Part shown: positions 28,515 to 41,409 of the stretch, one piece after another
How the letters are laid out: each line of letters begins with the position of its first letter
Position numbering within the stretch: the first letter of the stretch is position 1
Origin: Camelus ferus
Taxonomy: Eukaryota
Assembly: GCF_009834535.1 (NCBI RefSeq)
Contig: NC_045697.1
Location: forward strand, 65,536,001-65,600,000
Reading direction: 5' to 3'
DNA: 64,000 bases
Made by a program: the position numbers and the translations under genes
Notes under the pieces: generated by a model
Database searches by the model: none
Told to the model about the DNA's origin: nothing
The model's input: only the letters and a program-made list of their open reading frames with translations

Positions 28515-28680
28515 CAGCAATGTGTTGTTAGACAAGTTTCTTAGACTCTAGGTGCCTCAGTTCCCCAGATAATAACTACCTACTACGTCAGGTATTTGAA
28601 AAATTAAGAGTCCACAGATATAAAACACTTAAAACTGTGTGCAAGACATAAAATAGGCACTCAACATTGTAATTATTATT
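28515..28680 (+). mobile_element. MIR SINE fragment
   Basis: gacaagtttcttagactctaggtgcctcagttcccc...ataactacctac...taggcactcaac. Confidence 0.7.
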
Positions 28681-31600
28681 TTCTCATTGTTTTTGCCATC
28701 CACAGCAAGAGAGGAAATTAGCCACATTGTTTAATGCTTTATGTACTGATTATTACCTCACAGAAAATAAGCAGTATTTTAAAGAAGCATACTGTAATTA
28801 GGCATAAGGAAATGTATTAGGAAAGCCAGTCCAGCTAATGAAAATGTTTATAGTGAAAACCATATGCTAACAAATTCATAACTTTATGTCACTCAACTAG
28901 ACATGAAAAACTACAAGAACATTTTTCCTACATGAGCATATCATTACCACATGTATTTGTAAATAAACTATAGAATAATATGGCCGAAGATGCAACAAAT
29001 TAATGAACCCAAATTGAATGAATTACAAGTTTTGATTCAAGATGCTTCCAGTTTATATATTAAGTTCTTTGGGGCTCCAAAAGATTAAATAGTCTTTTAG
29101 GGACATATCTATAAAACTATGTATATATGTGTTTCAGTTTTGAAACTATATCTTGAATCTGTGACTAAAATAGCACATAATTAAGTATAAACATCATATG
29201 GAAGACAATTTTTCCAAACTAAACAATCCTCAAAAACTACTATTGGTGCCAGTCTAGAGCCATATGGACCCTTTCCAGATAAAAATGATTATGATGATGA
29301 TGATTGTATTTTCAGTTTTTATTTTAGTGCACTTACAATGCCAGTATTAAAAACTATTTTATGATTTTAAAATATGTCAATAACTATCTGACAGTTTAAT
29401 ATACTAATAAACCTAAAAGCAGCTTTTTCTATTATATAGATATAATCTTTATAAAGTAAATACTATGCTAAAATTTTCATTTCCCTGATAGAAGTGTTTT
29501 TAAACTTAAGAACATTACTGAAATATGGTTCCCATTGTTAATATACATGTAATACTTACATTGTAAATACCTTTGAAATACATTATAATGTGTAGGAAAG
29601 TTATAAGTAATATGGTTCAGTCTGTATTCTTAATACATTATATTATTGCAGTATCAGAATATATACTACCAGATATAAGGTTAATTTTAAGATGAAAACA
29701 ATTTCCCAGTAATCAGTAAAACTTGTGACTTTGATCTGAGAAAATCAGAGTATATAATAATATTCAGAGTTAAATCTGAAGCAAAGAATATGTCAAAGCA
29801 GTGTTCAAAAGGTTGATTCTAAATTAAAACCATTTGTGGTATTTAATGAATATTAACCATCTAAAAATAAATTGGATTATATTATTAAAATTACTGAAAA
29901 GGAATAAATGACCTTTGGATATTTTTCCAAAAACTGTTTTAATACAATTTTCACTGAGAAAAATAACCGAGTTCCTAAATTAGTAATAATTTGTTGCCTG
30001 AAATAAATTTTTGAGAAGTCTATTTTTTAAATAGATGTGATCCTAATATTTTTTTTGGCTTTAACATTTCAAAATAGTAAGACTTCTTCCCATAATTAAG
30101 TTATCTTCAAAGTCTTGAAGGATTGTTAATGGCATTCTGTTTTAACTTAGATCCTTTATAATATAATGATAGTCTCGCCTTTTTTCTAAATGTAAAAATA
30201 ATTTTGCTATATCAGCAGGGACTGTCTGTAAGCACCACATTTCTGTTCTATTGTTGTACTATTCAAAGAGTTAAGGCTACTTAGTTTTCAGTCCTCTGCC
30301 TTACATCACCACCCAAGGAGTGCTATAATCCTCTGGAAATGCATTGCCTGGAGTGTGGCTCTGCTTAATAAATCACTCCATCTTATTTATCTTTCTCTTG
30401 ACATATATCTAGCAGCAGGAACCATTATCCTGTGACAATGTTAAGTTCTACTGACATTTTCTCTTAATTAACTACACCACTGGCTACAAATTTTACATTG
30501 GGAATACACTTCCCTTATTTAATGCTGCCTTGAACAAAAGAAGTGTTGTTTGTCTTACATTCATTGTCATAACATCCTGCGATAAGTGAAACGTCTTTGT
30601 TACTCTTCCAGAAGACCAGTTTATTCTGCTGAGAAAACAACAAACAGAAGTTTTATTTAGAATCATATGACATCATTTTTATTTAAAAATGCATTTTATT
30701 AGACATCTTAATTAATATATGAGAGCCAGATTACATGTATCAGTATCTGGGGGAAGGGTGGTTAAGTATAGGGACCCACAAATGCAAAGAGCCTGCTCCA
30801 AGAGGCCAGAAGAATTAGGAGAGGGTGACTCAGAGAGGGCCATGAATTCTCATGACATTGGGTTTTGAAGACTTTGGCTCCTACTTCGAGAGTAATGGAG
30901 TGTCACAGGAGCACGGGAGTGGTTGTTAATTGGAGGGCATTAATTGGAAAACTATTCTATATCTGTTCTGTGTTCAAATCCATATTTGGAGATTTAATCA
31001 TCGCTTCAAAAATAATCATAGGTTTGTATCTAAATGAGTCCTGATTGTATTTTGTAAGTGTGAGACATACGTCTATTTAGGTAGATATGATTACAAAATA
31101 CATCCAATCTTTTAAAAAAAACCTTAACTCCAAGATCCAGCCACACTGTTTTCTACTCTGCAGATCAAGCAAATATGGTTATTCATTTCAGACAACATAT
31201 TTATAGTTAATCAAAAGATACAAGAGTTACATTTCCAGCTTTATTTGTGATGACGGTGCCTGAAGAGGACCATTTTCTTCCAAGTAATCTTCCCCGTGTA
31301 ATTTTTTCCTGTATCAAACCAAACTACAGATAATATAAAGTCTTTCTTTCAGAGTAGGATTAAATAAGTCCCTTGTACCTAAATCACTGGAAATAAGGTT
31401 CTCTATAGAATATTTTTCGTGTAAAGGAATTGAAAAGCTTTCTTACTGCTTTATTCATTTGAAATTTATATATACTTCCCTTTATCCAGAAAGACCTTGA
31501 AATCTGCTAACATTCATAATAGCATGAGATTCTTTGGCTTCTGTCACAGAAAAAAAAAATCGATAACATTCTATACTCCCAGTTTTCCTTGTCAAGGCCA

Positions 31601-34600
31601 GCTCTTTGATTTAAAAATTTCTTGATTTTTAAATCCACAGCCATTTGGTCACAAAAGGCTATCTGGAGTATAAGATTAAATAGACACTAGTTTCAGCCAC
31701 AGTAGGAATCTGTGAACTCAGCATTATCCTCCAAAAAACCTTCTTTTGAAAATGACATGCAGTTCATCCATTGGGGCTATACTTAGTCTTAAGCCATAGG
31801 AAAAACAAGGTCAAATCTTCTGTTGAGATCAGGAAATAGTGCAACTGATCCCTTTATGGTTGTTGTAAATAGCTGTACAGATTAGTGACAGTTCTGAAAA
31901 ACTAAATATTATAAAGTGAATCTTTAATATTCAGTCCTCAAAATACAGGAAATGGTTTAGGTTAAAGGGATAAAAACTAAAATGTTCACCGTGATGTTCA
32001 CTGATTTTTAGTTTTTCCTTCTGAGCTGGTATTGACCTAATTGGCATTCTACAAATGCTGACTTGAATTAGGTTAAGCAAGTTAGAAATTATACTTGATG
32101 ACTTGAATAATTTATTAAAAAGGATAAGCATTAAAACTTGCTTTAGTAGCACAAACACTTTTTTTTTATAATAATGTAAGATAATGAAGCTGGCCACATT
32201 CAATGTCTAGGATGGACACTTCTAAGTTGAACTGAGTAGCTTTTGTGCTACTAAATTACATAGAATACATATCTAGCTGATGAACCAAAATAGAGTAATT
32301 TGGCTGAGAAAAAGTCATTCCTGGCACTAAAAGGCAGTTTAACATGCATTTATACCCAAGAAAGCTTAGAAAATGAACAGTAATTGCAGAGGTCAAACTT
32401 GTAAGCTGGCTATACTTACTTGTTTCACTCCAAAATTTGACTGCAAGGAAATTTAAACCTCAAATCTGTGACTGTCTGAGACTGTCATTGAATTAAAGTA
32501 GTTTATCAACTGAGAAAATTGTAAATCATGACATAAGCACATATCCAACGTGTAGATAATTTCCTATATCAAAAAAATACCATTGTGAAGTGTTATGAGT
32601 TTATAAAGTAGCATATTAACTACATGCTAAGTCCATATATATATTCTCCTTTAGGAGAACACCTCCTCCTGGTATGTTATTACAGTTTAATATACTTCAC
32701 GACAATAATTGATAAAGTTGAAAACAAATATTGTGTAATACACTGGTGGCAGAAAATAAACAAAAGTATATGATTTTCCAAAGCAGAAATCTACAAGCTA
32801 TATTATTTGTTTGCTTTTAGGTAATAGATAAATAAACCTATCAAAAAGAGACATTTTAATTTAAAACTGCATATTTTTATATTTTCAGTTCCTTTATGAC
32901 ATTATAAAATGCAGCTCAACTTTTTTGATGATATAAAAACAAACCAGCAGACACAATGTTTATTAGATGTGCATTTTCTGTGTCTAATTTATCTTTTAGC
33001 AATGCTATAATTAAAAACATTTGCAATCAGAGAATTTAAAGGAAGTGAAGAATGAGAAAAGCCAAGTAGAATAAAAATATTATTCCCCTTTTTAAAAGTA
33101 TAGATTTAGTTTTTGAACTGTGACATCCATTATCATTGAAATCAAATGAAACAAACTACAGGGAAAAAACTTTCAGTATTATTAGAATTCACTTCTTCTT
33201 TTCTATTGCTTTTGCACAGCTGATTTTTTGATCATCTCTCTGAAGGGCACGGGGGCTGTGCTGCTTCTTATAGATAGGCTATGAAAAAAAATACCACTGC
33301 GTCCAACTTTTAAGCAATCTCTTCATAAGTTAAACATTTCCAATAATGTTGTATTCTATAATTCCCTAGTTTGTTTTTCTCCTTTTTAATTCACTGTTGA
33401 TTAAGTTACAAAGGAACCAAGTGCTGCTGGGAATCCTATAGAAAGTCAGAGGTTTGAAGACTCAGATGAAGCTTACCGGGATCCTCCAAGGCTGATCTTT
33501 AAGTGCTTTGATCTAGTACTTCTGATCTTCAGTTTGACATGTTATTGCTCATCAAGATGCTTTAGCTGGAAAATCTCCCTTTAACACAGAAAATGTGGAA
33601 ATTTAAACTCAAAACAAATTTTAGAGTTACAGTTTTTGTCAAGTTTAAGAAGTATTTCCTATTCATCCATTTAAGCATTGTCATTTACTCTCCTAAATTT
33701 AATATTTTATTCATATTGATAAAAGAGTTTTATCAGCAGATGACCTGGTAGGGTATAACTGTTAATCACAATGAAAGAGTTGTGTTAGATTAGACCTTAC
33801 ACTTATATAAATATGAAAGTACGGAATACTACTGAATTTACAGCTTCTTTATTTAAAGCAGCAGTAACAGCTTTTCATGTGTATAGCTAAATGATCTGTG
33901 CTATTTAGAGACAGTATGAAGGGTGGCTTCGAGACTATGAGACTGTTGAAGAAGACTAGCTGAAGTGGTTCTAGCCTGAAAAACATTACAACAAAAACAC
34001 TACAACAACAACAAAAATGGAAGGAACAGTAGAAAAGAAAGTGATTAGAAACATACATGATAGGACTCAGCACTTGAATGAGTGTTGGTATATAGAAAAT
34101 ACATTAATGTATGGAACAACAATGGTTTCTATATAATATGTTCAAAATTAAATTAACAGTACGTCTTGAACATCTATTTATTCATTTAGTTATTCTTCTG
34201 CAACAGTATTTGCTGTGTGTCTTTATAAGTCTAAGAATCTGTATTATGGGGGTGTGTATGTAAGTCCGTATGTATAATTTGCTTGCCAAGTTCTTTATTA
34301 TTATATATTTGTAAAATTGTGGAAATCCTTTTAATGGTTCAATCTTTGAACATATCCTTGGTTATTTTCTTAAGAAATGATTTTAGGTATGCAGCTTCTG
34401 AGTTAAATGATACATATATATATGGACACTTCTAAGACTTTTGATACTTTCAGCCAAACATTGTACCATACTACTTATTCACACATTTTAATAATTAAAA
34501 TTATATAAAACCTCCATAGAATTTTGAAGGATTTATTTAGAAACATAGTGGTAACTCAATAGCATATTGTATAGCTTTACATTACTGTGTTTCATAGGTA

Positions 34601-36244
34601 TTTAGAGGACACTTTAACATATTCAGACAGAAGGAAATTGCTTGCACATAAAGCATGACAACATTACAGCACTTAAAAAATGTGAACTAAATTATTGGGA
34701 CAAAATGCTGACTAAGTTATTTGAACAAAAATGTTTAGAAAACAGGCGAAAATCAGATTGGAATTTGGCTCAACCACTTAAGTGTGTATTACTGGTGTTT
34801 ATGAAGGTATAAAATTATACTATGTAATATAGTGAGGCTATTCAAAAAATTTTAAATACTGCAGCAGAGCTTTTATGTACCTAACTATAAAGGAGGGCTC
34901 TGTTGTTCAAAATGATAACTGAGGGGAAAAATTCAACATCTCCATAAAGAGAAGAGAGAACAAAAGAAAAAAAAATCTGGTCAAAATTTACCTAAAGTAG
35001 CTCATACAATCATTACAGTTTTAAAAATTTCATTAGTAAGAAATTAACAAAACATCCAATAAATCTTCAGGTTATTGCTTCCAGAGTCACCAAAGATTAT
35101 TAGGTGGAATAGTACTCTTAAAAGTGTTGTAAAGAGTTGTATTAACACAAAAATGACTGTCAGTGATTAGTTTGATTAGTTTGTATTTCATCATTTGTCT
35201 ACAAATGTCCCATATTTTCTAGAATAAGTCTGTACCATGAGCAACATGATAAAAGAAATAAAGAAACCTGCAGAAGATTGCTCAAGAACTTAGTCATATG
35301 ATTATAATTAATATTAATAACAGTTCCTCAAATAATGTTTTCACATAAAAATCGCCCAGCATGTCTGTTTTCGAACAGCAGCCTCAAATCTCAAGCAGTC
35401 GCAGGGGCCTCTTGTATATTGCCATATGTGCATAGAAGAAATTTCTAAGTATGAGAAACTTGGAAGAAGCAAAAAAATACATATTTTTCCTATTTTCAAT
35501 AAATCTGTGCAGAGAACCAAGGTGAATGAATGTCTCCAGGAAAAAGGGAAACCAAAAAAGTAACTCACCATTTTGTTTGCATGTAAAACTTACACATTAG
35601 AGTTTTATTCACCTGCATATAACCTATAATGTCTAAAGTTAGTTACAAAGTTATTTGTCAAAGTAATTTGAAAAGAAAACAATAGCTATTTATAATTTTA
35701 ATAATTGGGGCTTCTAATTTTTTACTGATACAATAAAAAGTTTATATGTCACCATCAAAATGACAAATGCATTTGCTAAATTATCCAAAGAATGGAGTTA
35801 ATAATATAGAATCACAACCCACTTCCCAGAATAAGTCTGGGGAAAGAGCTCTTCACCTGCCAATTTTCTCTATTATTTATTCATCTTTAGCATCTCTTGT
35901 CTTTGCAGTATCACCTTCCTGCTATGTTATGTCTTCCAAAATCTCCTATTAGTTATTTTGCTTATGTTTTAAGTTGATTGTTTCCTACTATCATCTAAAA
36001 TAGTACCTTGGTCTTAGTAAATTATTTCCAGAACAACATAAGAAGGATTTTTTGAGCCTTCTAGATATCTAAATTCTTATTCTGTTTATTTTCCTTTTGT
36101 TTGCTTGAATCTGCCCTAAATTTTTAGCCTTGCCAGACCACGATAAACCTGTTCATTCTTATCACTGAGCCGAACAGAGGGAGAAAATGAAGTGGCAGTA
36201 ATAAATCAGAACCCTTGATGGAAGAAATGGACTTGGAGGAAGAG

Positions 36245-36510
36245 ACACCATGATTCTTGGAATCTGGCTTCCCAGATTCTCTGACGTGTGGCACTCCCTG
36301 CCTGGTCTTTTCTCTTGTCTGGGAGAGCCTGTGAGCATGAATCATCTGTCCCTACTTCTCTGTGATCTTGACCTTGGCTGAGGAAATGCACTCTTGCTTT
36401 CCTAATCATTTCAAAAGGCTCTTGTGAAGACTAAGTAAGAAAATCCTTATAAGCTCCAAACACAATGCCCAGTGCATTAGTAAATACTCAACAAATAGAG
36501 GCTTTTATTA
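36245..36510 (+). mobile_element. MIR SINE, decayed
   Basis: tgaccttggctgagg...cttgtgaagactaagtaag...cacaatgcccagtgcattagtaaatactcaacaaat. Confidence 0.55.
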
Positions 36511-36666
36511 CTTTGTTTCCTGACCTTTCCTTTAAAGTCTCGTACTCCTAGATTTTAGCTTGAGTTTAACAAGATTTTTGTTTATTTTATTTTGTTTTGT
36601 TTTGCAGCTTTACCCTGATCCCTTTCCTTCCTGACCCTCCTTCCTACTTTGGTACATCCATGGTTT

Positions 36667-37318
36667 ATATATATATATTTTTTTTTTTAATTGAGATATG
36701 GTCAGTTTAAATGTTGTGTCAATATCTGGTGTACAGCACATTGCTTTAGTAGAATAGAAACATACTTATATTCATTTTCATACTCTTTTTCAACTTAAGT
36801 TACTATAAGACATTGAATATAGTTCCCTGTGCTATACAGTATAAACTTGTTACTTATCTATTTTATGTATTAGTTAATATCTGCAAATCTTGAACTCCCA
36901 ATTTATCCCTTTCCACCTGCTTCCCCCACTGGTAATCATGTTTGTTTTCTATGTCTGTGAGTCTGTTTCTGTTTTGTAAATAAGTTTGTCTTTTTTTTTT
37001 TTTTAAGATTCCACTTATAAGTGATATCATATGGTATTTTTCTTTCTCTTTCTGGCTAACTTAACTTAGAATGACGTTCTCCAGGGACATTCATGTTGCT
37101 GCAAATGGCATTATTTTATTATTTTTTATGGCTGAATAGTATTCCATTGTATAAATATATCACAGCTTCTTTATCCAGTCACCTCTCAGTGGACATTTAG
37201 GTTGTTTCCATGTCTTGGCTATTGTAAATAGTGCTGCTTTGAACATTGGGGTGGATGTATCTTTTTTAATTAAGGTTCCCTCTGGATATATGCCTAAGAG
37301 TGGGATTGCTGGATCATA
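36667..37318 (-). mobile_element. 5'-truncated young L1 with 16-bp target-site duplication
   Basis: TSD ggt(a/g)catccatggttt at 36651-36666 and 37319-37334. ORF 37160-37345 contains YDPAIPLLGIYP...PMFKAALFTIAKTWKQPKCP (L1 ORF2 C-terminus). (AT)n/T-rich tail at the left end. Confidence 0.95.
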
Positions 37319-40300
37319 GGTGCATCCATGGTTTTGATTTACCACTTCAGCCCAGCAATTGGAACATGTTTTCTGATTTTTCCGTTGCTCATCAGTTCAA
37401 CCCAAGTCCCTCACTCTGTGACTACAGGGACCCAAGATTGAAAATGCTTTTAGAGCTCTCTGGAGAATCTAGAAACCACATCTAAATAGCTCATTAAGAA
37501 AAGAGGAGGAGGAAGAAGAGAAGGAGATATTCTTTAAGTAATATAAAATAAGCTTCTTGTGGCATTATGAAAGGCATTCAGCTTTATGTATTTGTACTCA
37601 CAAACACACACAGAAACCCACGAGCTGCGGCTCGTATACATTTGCTTATTCAGTCAGCAGGGTTGTGGAAATTACTATGATGTGAATTATTTTATGTTCT
37701 TCAATTCCAGATCTGTCTGTGTTAATAACTGAAATCTATCTGAATATATAGAGACCATAGACTGAATAAATCTCTGTATTTTATCTCAATAAATTTTCTG
37801 TAACACCAGCACACCAAAAATCTCTTTCCTTTAGCCATTTTCCAACCAATTATTCAAAAGAATATACTGAAAAGGACTGGGAGAAGAATTTTTTTGTCCA
37901 CTCCTTAAGATATCCTCCTGAGAATGTAAGCATAAGAGCTCTGAAAAACAGGATAAAGAAGTTCACAATTGAAAAGACCAAATTCATAATGTTAAATGAT
38001 TTCCTTCTCTATCAAATTGTAAATCTTATTATATAGTCAGTAAATGAGTTACGATTTAAAACTAATCTTCAATGGTGGTTAACAGGCTACTGGGTCTGAA
38101 TGGCATTTTGGAGCTTTAAAATGTGTTTTAAACTTACACCTGGCTCTCTTGCCATCATTAAAACTGATGGAATATGCTAATTAGCCTTTTCTGACCTTAG
38201 AGAAATAATGACTCACATATGCATAAGGCCCCATTTAGGAACCAATCTCAGAACCTCCGAGGTAATTACAAGCTTTATTTGGAGCTCCATTTCACTTTTG
38301 GCTTCTGTTAACAACTGCTGCTTCCCTTTTGAACCTAAATGCTTGTGGGATTGGTAAAGTGGATGCAGTTTTCCTCAGAACCCCTGATTGATTGAATCCC
38401 TGAAAAACAGGTTGATAATGGCCCTAGAATTTATATAGTGGTTTTGTATAGTGGCATTGGTTTTGCTGTAATTATTATAAAACATTAAAAGCTAACACAT
38501 CACTGCAGAGTGGCAAGCCTGGCTCAGCTGCCATCTTGCTTCATGCTCTTTGACAAACCACTGCTCATCCAGACAGCGTTTCCTCCTTGAGCACCTTTCC
38601 CGGCCCTCATTTCATCACCAGGTCTGTGGTGAAATCAGTAGGAAAGAAGAAAAATAGTACAGAAAGAAAAAGTAGTAATTTTTGAGGACTCCAGAAAGTG
38701 ATGTTTGATATAGACTTAAAAATTATATATATTTAAAGAATCATGATATATTCTTTGTTCAAACCATGAACTATGTCCCTGGTTTTTTTGTTTATTTTTT
38801 GCTGAGCAGATAGGCAATTGGTGTATATTGATGTATTAAAAATAGAACCAAAGCACCTAGAGTATCAATCAAATAATTTAGCAAGCGAAAAATAAACCAA
38901 AAATATACGAAGCCAAATATGATAGAATAAGTAAAACAAAGAGGTGATATATAAATTGACTTTTTAAATTTTAGTTCAGCCCTGAACCAGACTACCTGAA
39001 AACTATGAAGAGTTTGAGGCTTTTGTTTGGATGTCTTTCACTCTTTTTATATTGAGTTACTAAAATCTCAAATATTTTAATTTTGTAATACCAGATAGAA
39101 AAATTCTGTGTACTATACACAACTCTTCTACCAAAATCTTGGACTTACACTCTAAAGTCTTACAAATCAAGGTATTTACTAGCATATCTAAAGACAAACC
39201 AAGAGAGACAAGATAAGACTATTTGGTTTCTCCTCTTCTAATTTTTTTTTACAGGACCTCTAAAATAACACAATGGAGGAGAGATATAATAAGAGCATAA
39301 ATACAGAGGCTGAAGATATTTCTAGGAGCACCTCTTAAATAATGTGTGTGTATTTGGCAAAATAACTATAGAAAGCATACAAGTGTTGGGAAATATTCTG
39401 GGAGTCAATGCGGACTTGAGATGTATTTCTCCATAGGTGCTGAAATTTAGTTGTGATATCAGTGTTCTGAAGATGCAACGTCTTATTTTTATCATTAAAA
39501 TTTACAAAGTCCCTCTGATAGATACCAGGAAAGGAAACAGAAAAAGAGATAATAAGCAAACACATTTTTGTCACATGGCAAATGGCAGGAAAAAATGGCA
39601 GGAAATTCAGAGAAGATGCATGGCTGCTGATCCATTGTGGTTTGTGCTAACGCTGCTTTCATGAACTCATTAATACTATAAAGTGCAATTCTGTGAATTA
39701 GTGGAAATTTCAGCAAACAGCCATACATACTACCAAGCCTTCCAACTAAACTGGTCAACTATAAAAAGTTCCTTTGTTTAAAAAAAAAAAAAAAAAAAAA
39801 AAACCAACCCCGTAAAAAGTAGACAAGAAACTTCTAACTTCAATGTCATTTCAAAATCGCTTAAAAATTCAGTGCAATTTGTGCATCCTATGATCATTTT
39901 TCTAGTGTAATTGAATAGAAAGCAACTAGTGCAGGAGGGGGAAGAAAAAGCCTAGATTAAAAGAGACCTAGAGAAAGGATTTACAGCGTCTTCTACATAC
40001 CATCATTGCCACTATCCTTGGAAAATGAAAGTAAACCAGTTTGTGGTAGGGAAGCAAGGTAAACACTGTTTCTTTATGTTGCACTTAAGGGAGCTTATAT
40101 TTCGATGCAGCACTTAACCTCAAGATCCTTGGCTATTACTTGAGGTGCAATTTGTGTGAAATTATAATGTAGTCTGCCTTACAGACTGAGAACCTGAAAT
40201 CCTCTTTTAATTGAATTACAAAAATCTCAAATGTTTTAATTTTGTAATATCAGATGGGAAAATCGACTTTCAGTTGGCTGTTTTTAATTGCCTAGCTCAT

Positions 40301-40676
40301 TAGAAACAGTGGGGATTTTATATGGGCTGGAATAATGAAAATACTGTGAAAATAAGATGGTGCCAAGTGTCACCTTTTAAGTGTAATGTAATTCAATTTA
40401 GTTCTACTCTAAGTTACAGCAATTGGTATTTCAAATTTAAGTTAATATCAGCATATAAGGTTTACTATGGTATAATCAGCAACCATTTAATTTGATTATA
40501 ATTAATTTTTAACTTAACATTTTCAAATGTATTCATCAGAAATATTCCATGGTACTGAGTTTAGTAAAATAAACTAAGTACTTGTGTTATATCTGAAGTT
40601 TCAAAAATTATAAAGAGTATCTCCTTCTGCAGGAAGTTTTAATGTTGAAATAACATTTTTTTTTTGATCGGAAGAA

Positions 40677-40696
40677 TTTTCTTATTTCAGGTAAGT
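40677..40696 (+). promoter_or_regulatory. Candidate recursive splice site (3' splice site fused to consensus 5' splice site)
   Basis: ttttcttatttCAG|GTAAGT at 40690/40691; motif evidence only. Confidence 0.3.
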
Positions 40697-41409
40697 ATGT
40701 ATAGATGGGCATTTATATGCATAAGAGAAATCTACTGATTAAGAATAAAATGAAATATGTTAAAATTTATAATTCAGCTGATAGAGAATTCTTCAAAATG
40801 GAAGTATATAAATGTTAAAGAATTGGAAAAAAGGAACTTCTACTTATAAGCAGCTTTACATGTATTATAATTACTATGAAAATATAAATATTAAGTTAGG
40901 TAAGTCTTCCTATGTATAGGAAGTTGACATTTCGATTACATGATCTAATGCCTTCTAGCCTATTTTTGCTTATCTGCAAATAGACTTATCAGCTAGTCCA
41001 GAACGATATTTTGTCATTCAACTGAAATGTCAACACTTTGGAAAGACATATGTTAACAGCAAAGGAGCAATATAACCTATCACTATTTGTTCAATAAATA
41101 ATGTTATAAAATGTATTTGAAAATTGTTAACATTTGTATAAGACGTAACAAAATTCATTTCTTTCACCAAATAACTTCTCTTCATGTATTCCATCAAAGA
41201 GCTAATGTTTATTGCAATGTAATATATGATGGTGTAAAATGTCTACACTTCCAAAAAGAGGGTACTTGAGTAAACTACAGTATATCTGACTAGGAAGATA
41301 TTACTCAGCCAGTGAAAATGTAATAAGTAGAATACAAAAGTGTAAGTGTGGCATGACTATTAGTATTAAAAATTACTTTAAAAATATCAAAAATATTAAA
41401 AAATACTAA

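Noticed and set aside
39780..39803. A24 run as a retrocopy tail
   Set aside because: There is no recognisable retroposed body upstream, only a short taaaaagt echo on either side.
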